24,000 nt of DNA from Escherichia coli (GTDB lineage: Bacteria > Pseudomonadota > Gammaproteobacteria > Enterobacterales > Enterobacteriaceae): NCBI RefSeq assembly GCF_002996665.1, contig NZ_CP027255.1; one strand, given 5' to 3'. Shown in pieces: positions 10,428 through 17,717 of the stretch. The notes under the pieces were generated by a model. The model worked only from the letters and a program-made list of their open reading frames with translations. It was not told the DNA's origin and did not search any database. Both the position numbers and the translations under genes were made by a program. Position 1 is the first letter of the stretch, and each line of letters begins with the position of its first letter.

Positions 10428-11516
10428 TCAGGCTTTAAACGATTCCACTTTTTCGAACGCTGCACGCAACGTATCTGGTGTCAGCGTGACTGGCAGGTAA
10501 TGAATGGACTCCACCGGGCGCAAGGTGTGGGCAATCACTTTGTCGATCTCCGCCTGATTATTGATATCCACTTCCAGCTCCGCCAGCGTAGTCGGCAGAT
10601 GAAAACGCTGATACGCCCCGGTTAATTGCGCCAGCACATCATCCTGACCCAGCAAGGCGCTTTGCACCAGAATTCCGTAAGCGACTTTGGTGCCGTGGAG
10701 AAATTTCTCGGTTTGCGGCAGGACAGTCAGACCGTTATGCACGGCATGGGCCGCAGCCACACGCGTAAAACGATCGCCCAGACCACCGACCATTCCACCC
10801 CCGGCGATAATCGCATCCACCACATCGCAAAATGATTGCGTTAACTGCTGATTTTGCTGATCGGCAAGTGCCTGTTCGCTACTGTTTAACAAGACGTCGC
10901 GAATGGCCTGCGCATTATTGATCCCCAGCCGCACGGTTAGCGGCAACGTTTCTGGTTGCGGAGCCAGCACCACCGCTTCATACCATTTCGCCAGCGTGTC
11001 ACCGATCCCCGCCAGCAGATATTGTTGCGGTGCATTGAGGATAATCTCCGGTTCCACCAGCACCATAAAATTGGCGTCGTCGAAAATCTCATAATGCAGC
11101 GCCTGTCCGGCATCGTTATACCAGACGGAGAGCGGTGTCCAGGCTGCGCAGGTGGCGGCGATCGTCGGAGCGGCAACAAATGGCAGACCGAGACGGCGGG
11201 CGAGGGCTTTCGCGGTGTCGAGCAGTGCGCCGCCGCCGACGCCAATCACCACGCTGCGATCGTCACCGGACTCAGCCGCCAGTTGCTGTACATCGCTTTC
11301 GCTGCAATGACCACGAAACAAAATATGCTTTGCCCCTGGAAGTCCAAACGCTGGCGGAAGTTTGGTTTGCGCCGCAGCAATGGCGCGTTTGCCGTAGATC
11401 CACACCGCGCGAGAAAGTTGTTCATCAGTGAAAAAATCGTTCAGGTGATTGAAACTTCCTGGATGTGAAAAGTAGTTAGCCGGGCCGACGACCACGCGGA
11501 TAGGATTGTGAGGCAT
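10428..11516 (-). CDS. ybdH: Iron-type (group III) alcohol/hydroxycarboxylate dehydrogenase YbdH
   Basis: 362-aa ORF with the GVGGGALLDTAKA motif typical of Fe-ADH/glycerol dehydrogenase-like enzymes. Length and context match ybdH. Confidence 0.9.
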   Translation of the reverse strand: MPHNPIRVVVGPANYFSHPGSFNHLNDFFTDEQLSRAVWIYGKRAIAAAQTKLPPAFGLPGAKHILFRGHCSESDVQQLAAESGDDRSVVIGVGGGALLDTAKALARRLGLPFVAAPTIAATCAAWTPLSVWYNDAGQALHYEIFDDANFMVLVEPEIILNAPQQYLLAGIGDTLAKWYEAVVLAPQPETLPLTVRLGINNAQAIRDVLLNSSEQALADQQNQQLTQSFCDVVDAIIAGGGMVGGLGDRFTRVAAAHAVHNGLTVLPQTEKFLHGTKVAYGILVQSALLGQDDVLAQLTGAYQRFHLPTTLAELEVDINNQAEIDKVIAHTLRPVESIHYLPVTLTPDTLRAAFEKVESFKA

Positions 11517-11624
11517 GTTGTGTTGTCCTTATTGTTTTATTTAGACATCTAAACGTCTTGATTGCCAAATACTAGCATCGTGTTATAGTGCCTTCAACAC
11601 GCAACTTCGTCAGGTACAATAAAA

Positions 11625-12785
11625 ATGACAAATAACCCTCTGATTCCACAAAGCAAACTTCCACAACTTGGCACCACTATTTTCACCCAGATGAGCGCGC
11701 TGGCGCAGCAACACCAGGCGATTAACCTGTCGCAAGGCTTTCCTGATTTTGATGGTCCGCGCTATTTACAGGAGCGGCTGGCGTACCACGTTGCCCAGGG
11801 GGCAAACCAATACGCGCCCATGACCGGCGTGCAGGCCTTGCGCGAGGCGATTGCTCAGAAAACGGAACGTTTGTATGGCTATCAACCAGATGCCGATAGC
11901 GATATCACCGTAACGGCAGGGGCGACGGAAGCGTTATACGCGGCGATTACCGCACTGGTGCGCAATGGCGATGAAGTGATTTGTTTTGATCCCAGCTATG
12001 ACAGTTACTCCCCCGCCATCGCGCTTTCTGGGGGAATAGTGAAGCGTATGGCACTGCAACCACCGCATTTTCGCGTTGACTGGCAGGAATTTGCCGCATT
12101 ATTAAGCGAGCGCACCAGACTGGTGATCCTCAACACTCCGCATAACCCCAGTGCAACTATCTGGCAGCAGGCTGATTTCGCCGCTTTGTGGCAGGCGATC
12201 GCCGGGCACGAGATTTTTGTCATTAGCGATGAAGTCTACGAGCACATCAACTTTTCACAACAGGGCCATGCCAGTGTGCTGGCGCATCCGCAGCTGCGTG
12301 AGCGGGCAGTGGCGGTTTCTTCATTTGGCAAGACCTATCATATGACCGGCTGGAAAGTGGGTTATTGTGTTGCGCCAGCGCCCATCAGCGCCGAAATTCG
12401 CAAGGTACATCAGTATCTGACCTTTTCGGTGAATACCCCGGCACAGCTGGCGCTTGCTGATATGCTACGTGCAGAACCTGAGCATTATCTTGCGTTACCG
12501 GACTTTTATCGCCAGAAGCGCGATATTCTGGTGAATGCTTTAAATGAAAGCCGGCTGGAGATTTTACCGTGTGAAGGTACATACTTTTTGCTGGTGGATT
12601 ACAGCGCGGTTTCTACCCTGGATGATGTTGAGTTTTGCCAGTGGCTGACGCAGGAGCACGGCGTAGCGGCGATTCCGCTGTCGGTGTTTTGCGCCGATCC
12701 CTTCCCACATAAACTGATTCGTCTCTGTTTTGCCAAGAAGGAATCGACGTTGCTGGCAGCAGCTGAACGCCTGCGCCAGCTTTAG
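11625..12785 (+). CDS. ybdL: PLP-dependent methionine aminotransferase YbdL (class I aminotransferase)
   Basis: 386-aa ORF. SSFGKTYHMTGWKVGY carries the PLP-lysine motif of class I aminotransferases. Length and context match ybdL. Confidence 0.92.
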   Translation: MTNNPLIPQSKLPQLGTTIFTQMSALAQQHQAINLSQGFPDFDGPRYLQERLAYHVAQGANQYAPMTGVQALREAIAQKTERLYGYQPDADSDITVTAGATEALYAAITALVRNGDEVICFDPSYDSYSPAIALSGGIVKRMALQPPHFRVDWQEFAALLSERTRLVILNTPHNPSATIWQQADFAALWQAIAGHEIFVISDEVYEHINFSQQGHASVLAHPQLRERAVAVSSFGKTYHMTGWKVGYCVAPAPISAEIRKVHQYLTFSVNTPAQLALADMLRAEPEHYLALPDFYRQKRDILVNALNESRLEILPCEGTYFLLVDYSAVSTLDDVEFCQWLTQEHGVAAIPLSVFCADPFPHKLIRLCFAKKESTLLAAAERLRQL

Positions 12786-13415
12786 CTATTTAACCGTCCA
12801 GGCGCGGGAATATTGACGGTCGGCAAACAACTCTTGCAGGCCGTTAATTTGCTTCAGGCGCAGCACTTCGTCGCTGTCCATTCCCAGCTCTTTGCCAATT
12901 TTATTATCGTCCCATCCCAACTGGCTAAGTTCACGGACGATTTCCGACATGGCGGTGATTTGATGGCGTCCACGAGCGCGATTATGACGAATAGTCGCGG
13001 CGATGCGTTGATTACGCGTACCTTCCAGACAGGTCACCGGCAAATAACCTTTTAAGCGTAATTTTAATGATGATGAGCCTTTACCAATTTCATGGCGGTG
13101 AAAACCATCCACGATTTCCAGGGCATTTTTATCCGTATGCGTGACCACAATGGGTTGGGTAAAACCATCTATTTCAATGGATTTTTTCAGCAGTTTTTTT
13201 TCGGGTGGTGCCACGTTGTTTGGGTTGTAATCATTAGGCATAAGTTGGCTGTTTTTAACCCACAGAACGCAATCCACTGGCTCTTCACGAAAGGGGCTAA
13301 CCTGATGGATCGCCATGCGGATTTCATTAATCGCTTTGATGCGATCATCTTCCGGCAAGCTGGCGAGAAATTGCGTTAAATCCTGCGTTAATCGTTGTTG
13401 CATAGTATCCCCCAT
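12786..13415 (-). CDS. ybdM: ParB/Srx-fold domain protein YbdM (IbrB-like)
   Basis: 209-aa ORF. The DGFHR motif (13095-13109) fits the ParB/sulfiredoxin DGxHR signature. The basic RHNRARGRH segment and C-terminal helical region suggest nucleic-acid binding. The start overlaps the ybdN 3' end by 28 nt, with an alternative ATG at 13403. Confidence 0.85.
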   Translation of the reverse strand: MGDTMQQRLTQDLTQFLASLPEDDRIKAINEIRMAIHQVSPFREEPVDCVLWVKNSQLMPNDYNPNNVAPPEKKLLKKSIEIDGFTQPIVVTHTDKNALEIVDGFHRHEIGKGSSSLKLRLKGYLPVTCLEGTRNQRIAATIRHNRARGRHQITAMSEIVRELSQLGWDDNKIGKELGMDSDEVLRLKQINGLQELFADRQYSRAWTVK

Positions 13416-14608
13416 TCCTGACGTTTTCCTTTTATCCGTTCGTTATAACGCTGATAGTTCTTCGCTTTCGTAGGACTAAATGATAATGCTCGACACCAGT
13501 AATCGTTATTGAGTAAAACTTTGCATATCCGCCGCCAGGAGGGGATATCTTTCGCGCCAATGTCCCCTTGCTGGGTTTGTGGAACCTCGATGCCTTTTTT
13601 CTGATACCAGTGCAAATAAATGGCGATTTTATTGCGGTAATGCTCAGCTGTTTTTTCCGGCATGCTATTGAGCAGCAATAATGCATATTCTTGCCAGTCT
13701 AAATGTTCTGGCTTGAGGATTTTCCGATGCCCATAGAAATGATTGTCATGTCCGGCGTAAATGCCGCCACTTTTTACCCCGCTGACTCGTGCGCACATAG
13801 CTGCCCAGCGATCCGGTTCGATAACGTGATAGAGCCATAATCCTTGTCGTTGCTCCGGGCCAAAAGGTTCGCAAATTCGCATATGACGCAGAGGAACGCC
13901 TGCCTGATACATTAGGTTATACAGTGGGTTGCAGAGACTTTGATGATTTGCATACCAGGTCCAGATATCAGCCACTTTCCAGTCGTAAATGGGGTAAATG
14001 TACCAGCTATGACCGCCTGGTGCGGCCGTAGTCCATGGTTTATCGTCGGCAAAACGTTGTTTATTTAAACTGGCGATGGCGACAAAACGGTTGTAGGACT
14101 CATCCGCACGGATGCCGATCATCATCGCCGCCGGACGTTTTTGTGAAAACCATTCGGCAAACTCACGTACAAATTGTTCGAAGGTCATGCCAGGCTGGTA
14201 AAAGCAGAAAAAGTCAGGATCGGTTATCGCATCTTGCGGGGGCTGACGCACCCATTCGACATCAGGTTCCCAGCACTGCCATTCGGGTTGGAATTGTGAA
14301 AGGGAATTTTGCGTCGTAAGCGGGAGCGCAACCCAGTAAAACTCTTCGATGACATCGGTGTACAACTCGCGCAGGGACTGAACATAGTTAATGGTGCAAG
14401 AGAATTGCGCCTCCCAGTCGATAAACAAAACGTAGATTTTTTTGCCCATTTGTCGGGCAAGTTCGGCTGTCAGATGCAGCATTAAACCAGAGTCTTTGCC
14501 GCCAGAAAATGAGACACAAACGCGGGGTAGGGTGTTGAGTGTCCAGGTAATACGCTCTCGTGCAGCTTCCAGAATATTGAGCGGAAGAGGAATTTTATAA
14601 ATAGACAT
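13388..14608 (-). CDS. ybdN: PAPS reductase-like PP-loop ATPase family protein YbdN (IbrA-like)
   Basis: 406-aa ORF. I verified the PP-loop motif SGGKDS at 14489-14506 by hand translation. Length and context match ybdN. Confidence 0.88.
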   Translation of the reverse strand: MSIYKIPLPLNILEAARERITWTLNTLPRVCVSFSGGKDSGLMLHLTAELARQMGKKIYVLFIDWEAQFSCTINYVQSLRELYTDVIEEFYWVALPLTTQNSLSQFQPEWQCWEPDVEWVRQPPQDAITDPDFFCFYQPGMTFEQFVREFAEWFSQKRPAAMMIGIRADESYNRFVAIASLNKQRFADDKPWTTAAPGGHSWYIYPIYDWKVADIWTWYANHQSLCNPLYNLMYQAGVPLRHMRICEPFGPEQRQGLWLYHVIEPDRWAAMCARVSGVKSGGIYAGHDNHFYGHRKILKPEHLDWQEYALLLLNSMPEKTAEHYRNKIAIYLHWYQKKGIEVPQTQQGDIGAKDIPSWRRICKVLLNNDYWCRALSFSPTKAKNYQRYNERIKGKRQEWGILCNND

Positions 14609-14668
14609 CTGAAGACGCTCTCTGAACGTTACAGGGTGATCAGTGAGATAAGTCTGTTAATTATAAAG

Positions 14669-14699
14669 TAAACACTGCAAAGCAGAGTGTTTTATTTTT
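14669..14699. terminator. Hairpin with flanking A- and T-rich tracts between ybdO and ybdN (possible bidirectional terminator)
   Basis: aaacactgc-aaa-gcagagtgttt is an imperfect stem with a 2-nt bulge. It is followed on the plus strand by tatttttc and preceded by ataaagt. It lies about 60 nt downstream of the ybdO stop on the minus strand. Confidence 0.4.
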
Positions 14700-14754
14700 C
14701 ATTCGCGCTGTGAATAAATAGATGAAAGTTATAGTAGCTGTCTGTAGTTATATA

Positions 14755-15657
14755 TCAAAAACTCTCATTTAGACGGTCAATAAATCGGGAGAACACCAAA
14801 TTATTTAAAGAAGATTTATTATAGGAAATGTAAAGCTTTATTGAAGGTAACGGATGTTCTAGTTTTATCTCTTTTAAATTAAGAAAGTCACGGTAGGAAT
14901 TATAAAGTTCATAGGGGACTATTCCCAGTAAATCTGTAACTGCAATGCTATTAATGATTGTCAGCAAAGAGGAACCACGAAATGAAATTTTGCGATTCAT
15001 AAACTTCTCGTCTATTTCCATTTGAATATCATCAACTCCTGCTGATTTGGATATTAATTGGGTGAACTCTTCTGCCATAATTTGTTCATAAGTGCTATTG
15101 TCAGTAATTCGCGGATGCTTATTACTACAAATTAGAGTATTGCGAATTGTATGCAATGGCATGCAAATGACGGAACGGCTGATCACTGGCATTTGGGTGA
15201 TCACCAGATCGGCTTTGCGGTGAACCAACAGTTCTTCAGCATTCTCTGCTGACATGAGGATATCATGGCACTCAATCTCGACAGAGGCATCTTGCCGTAG
15301 GCAGCGGATCAGCATACTATTATTAGAGCAAGAAATGAGCTGAGGGCCGTAAATAATAAAGTTTTTCTTTAGTTCGGACTTATTGACTATATTAATTTTT
15401 TGTTCAAGGCCTTTGAGGTTTTTCTCAAGATGGTGATGCAGATTCAACCCTGTTGTCGTCGGCGCGATACCTTTTCCTGAGCGAATGAATAAAGGGTCAT
15501 TAAATTGCGCACGTAAGCGTTGTAACGACTGGCTCACGGCTGATGGGGTGATATATAGTGATTCAGCAGCTTTGCTAATGCTTAAATGCTGGTAAATACA
15601 CTCAAATATGACAAGAAGGTTTAAGTCGAACTTTTTCAAGTCGTAGAGATTGGCCAT
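14755..15657 (-). CDS. ybdO: LysR-type transcriptional regulator YbdO
   Basis: 300-aa ORF with an N-terminal LysR HTH (LSISKAAESLYITPSAVSQSLQRLR). It is very AT-rich. Length and context match ybdO. Confidence 0.9.
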   Translation of the reverse strand: MANLYDLKKFDLNLLVIFECIYQHLSISKAAESLYITPSAVSQSLQRLRAQFNDPLFIRSGKGIAPTTTGLNLHHHLEKNLKGLEQKINIVNKSELKKNFIIYGPQLISCSNNSMLIRCLRQDASVEIECHDILMSAENAEELLVHRKADLVITQMPVISRSVICMPLHTIRNTLICSNKHPRITDNSTYEQIMAEEFTQLISKSAGVDDIQMEIDEKFMNRKISFRGSSLLTIINSIAVTDLLGIVPYELYNSYRDFLNLKEIKLEHPLPSIKLYISYNKSSLNNLVFSRFIDRLNESF

Positions 15658-15817
15658 ACACTACTCCGGTTATATTTTTCTTCCATGGTATATTCACTTA
15701 ATCAATGTTTTTTGCGTATATATTTTTATTGATTATATTTTTTTGCTTAACTCAGGATTAAGTTTTTCTAAAATAGCATAGCCACTTAGGGCAGAGCGAG
15801 CAATTCATGCTTTTTTA

Positions 15818-15853
15818 GGATGGTTGAAAAGCAGGGATGTATTTCAACCATCC
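15818..15853 (-). terminator. Perfect 12-bp stem-loop 12 nt downstream of the dsbG stop
   Basis: ggatggttgaaa (15818-15829) and tttcaaccatcc (15842-15853) are exact reverse complements, with a 12-nt loop. On the minus strand the stem is followed by taaaaaagc rather than a U tract, so it is atypical for an intrinsic terminator. Confidence 0.45.
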
Positions 15854-15865
15854 ATGAATTATCTT

Positions 15866-16612
15866 TTATTTATTCCCCATAATGATATTAAGCGTTTTCT
15901 GATCGGGCAACCCCACGGCCTGTTGCAGCGTATTTTCCTTACTCATGTAATAGATAGCTGGTGTGACATTTGCCCCCAGATCGTCCATGAGTTTCTCGTT
16001 GGCGCTTAACACTTTCATTTGTTCTGTACTTACGTTTGCAGGCACGTTTAGCTTAAGCTTGCCACCAGAGGATTCATATTCTTGCCAGGTTTTTGCGGGA
16101 TCTTTGGAGGCAAGAATTGCCGCTGCTGTCGCCGGGCTTTCTGGCTTGATAACCCCAACCAACAATGTTCTTAATTGCACTTTGCCAGAATCTACCCACG
16201 GGCGCGCCTGCTGCCAGAACTGTTTACAATATGGGCAGAACGGATCGGCGAACACGTAGACAATGACCGGCGCATCTTTTTTACCGTCGAGGAGCCAGTG
16301 GGATTGTTCCATCCGTTGCCACATTTCGCGTCCGGCTGGTGCGTAAATTTCTTTTTCGATAAGTGTGTTACTCAGGTTTTCACCTTTCTCGTTGTACATG
16401 TAACCAGAGATAGCGTGCTTACCATCGGGAGTCAGGTAGATGGTGACGCCCATATCCTGATACTTTCCGAGATAACCTTTCATTCCTCCGGGGGCATCGA
16501 ACGTTTTGATGATTGTAATGCCCTGTTTTTCAATCGCTTTTACTGGGGAAGGAAGTTCCTCTGCGAAGGCGATTGCAGGAAGCAGAGCCAGTAAAAGTAT
16601 CTTTTTTAACAT
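15866..16612 (-). CDS. dsbG: Periplasmic thiol:disulfide oxidoreductase/isomerase DsbG
   Basis: The track ORF extends to 16672 (268 aa). I prefer the ATG at 16612, giving a 248-aa precursor with signal peptide [17 protein letters not shown] and a CPYC active site. Confidence 0.9.
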   Translation of the reverse strand: MLKKILLLALLPAIAFAEELPSPVKAIEKQGITIIKTFDAPGGMKGYLGKYQDMGVTIYLTPDGKHAISGYMYNEKGENLSNTLIEKEIYAPAGREMWQRMEQSHWLLDGKKDAPVIVYVFADPFCPYCKQFWQQARPWVDSGKVQLRTLLVGVIKPESPATAAAILASKDPAKTWQEYESSGGKLKLNVPANVSTEQMKVLSANEKLMDDLGANVTPAIYYMSKENTLQQAVGLPDQKTLNIIMGNK

Positions 16613-16896
16613 TAATTTGTCCTTTTCAGTCAGTGCAAAAGTCGAGTAAAAGGCATAACCTATCACTGTCATAGGTAAGAGCTTAGATCAGGTGATTGCC
16701 CTTTGTTTATGAGGGTGTTGTAATCCATGTCGTTGTTGCATTTGTAAGGGCAACACCTCAGCCTGCAGGCAGGCGCTGAAGATACCAAAGGGTAGTTCAG
16801 ATTACACGGTCACCTGGAAAGGGGGCCATTTTACTTTTTATCGCCGCTGGCGGTGCAAAGTTCACAAAGTTGTCTTACGAAGGTTGTAAGGTAAAA

Positions 16897-16936
16897 CTTA
16901 TCGATTTGATAATGGAAACGCATTAGCCGAATCGGC
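16897..16936. promoter_or_regulatory. Candidate OxyR binding region of the ahpC promoter
   Basis: cttatcgatttgataatggaaacgcattagccgaatcggc lies 48-87 nt upstream of the ahpC ATG and is the sequence I recall as the OxyR footprint at ahpC. The match to the ATAG-N7-CTAT tetrad consensus is only partial, so the boundaries are approximate. Confidence 0.5.
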
Positions 16937-16983
16937 AAAAATTGGTTACCTTACATCTCATCGAAAACACGGAGGAAGTATAG

Positions 16984-17547
16984 ATGTCCTTGATTAACAC
17001 CAAAATTAAACCTTTTAAAAACCAGGCATTCAAAAACGGCGAATTCATCGAAATCACCGAAAAAGATACCGAAGGCCGCTGGAGCGTCTTCTTCTTCTAC
17101 CCGGCTGACTTTACTTTCGTATGCCCGACCGAACTGGGTGACGTTGCTGACCACTACGAAGAACTGCAGAAACTGGGCGTAGACGTATACGCAGTATCTA
17201 CCGATACTCACTTCACCCACAAAGCATGGCACAGCAGCTCTGAAACCATCGCTAAAATCAAATATGCGATGATCGGCGACCCGACTGGCGCCCTGACCCG
17301 TAACTTCGACAACATGCGTGAAGATGAAGGTCTGGCTGACCGTGCGACCTTCGTTGTTGACCCGCAGGGTATCATCCAGGCAATCGAAGTTACCGCTGAA
17401 GGCATTGGCCGTGACGCGTCTGACCTGCTGCGTAAAATCAAAGCAGCACAGTACGTAGCTTCTCACCCAGGTGAAGTTTGCCCGGCTAAATGGAAAGAAG
17501 GTGAAGCAACTCTGGCTCCGTCTCTGGACCTGGTTGGTAAAATCTAA
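16984..17547 (+). CDS. ahpC: Alkyl hydroperoxide reductase peroxiredoxin subunit AhpC
   Basis: 187-aa ORF preceded by ggagga. The peroxidatic Cys is in FVCPTEL and the resolving Cys in EVCPAKW. Codon usage looks highly biased, as expected for a highly expressed gene. Confidence 0.97.
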   Translation: MSLINTKIKPFKNQAFKNGEFIEITEKDTEGRWSVFFFYPADFTFVCPTELGDVADHYEELQKLGVDVYAVSTDTHFTHKAWHSSSETIAKIKYAMIGDPTGALTRNFDNMREDEGLADRATFVVDPQGIIQAIEVTAEGIGRDASDLLRKIKAAQYVASHPGEVCPAKWKEGEATLAPSLDLVGKI

Positions 17548-17610
17548 ATTTCCTTCGTCTTTCGCGCTACCAACTCCGGCGCGAAATACTTCGGAAATTC
17601 ACCTAATTCT

Positions 17611-17637
17611 TCGGGTGCTGCGGCACCCGATTTTCTT
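17611..17637 (+). terminator. Intrinsic terminator/attenuator between ahpC and ahpF
   Basis: tcgggtgc-tgcg-gcacccga is a perfect 8-bp GC-rich stem with a 4-nt loop, followed by ttttctt. It lies 64 nt after the ahpC stop and 81 nt before the ahpF start. Confidence 0.65.
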
Positions 17638-17717
17638 CCCCGCACCATGATGCAAGCTGCATCCAGGTAGCCGCAGAGGCCGCTTGCATGATGATGTTTA
17701 AAGCCCAGGAGATAAAC

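Noticed and set aside
11540-11558. Small palindromes tttaga-ca-tctaaa and agac...gtct in the ybdH-ybdL divergent spacer
   Set aside because: These are 6-bp and 4-bp AT-rich palindromes, well within chance expectation, and I can match no known operator consensus.
12786-15865. Calling ybdM-ybdN-ybdO a bounded genomic island or defence island
   Set aside because: The AT-richness is real, but I see no integrase, tRNA, IS element or flanking direct repeats, and no known defence gene. I report it only as a compositional anomaly with a hypothesis, not as a mobile element.
16951-17466. 171-aa ORF antisense to ahpC, and the similar antisense ORFs 18363-19031 in ahpF, 5022-5471 in entE, 5833-6291 in entB and 6837-7286 in entA
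   Set aside because: All are nested opposite strongly supported genes. They lack SD sequences and motifs and have skewed composition, so I treat them as shadow ORFs.
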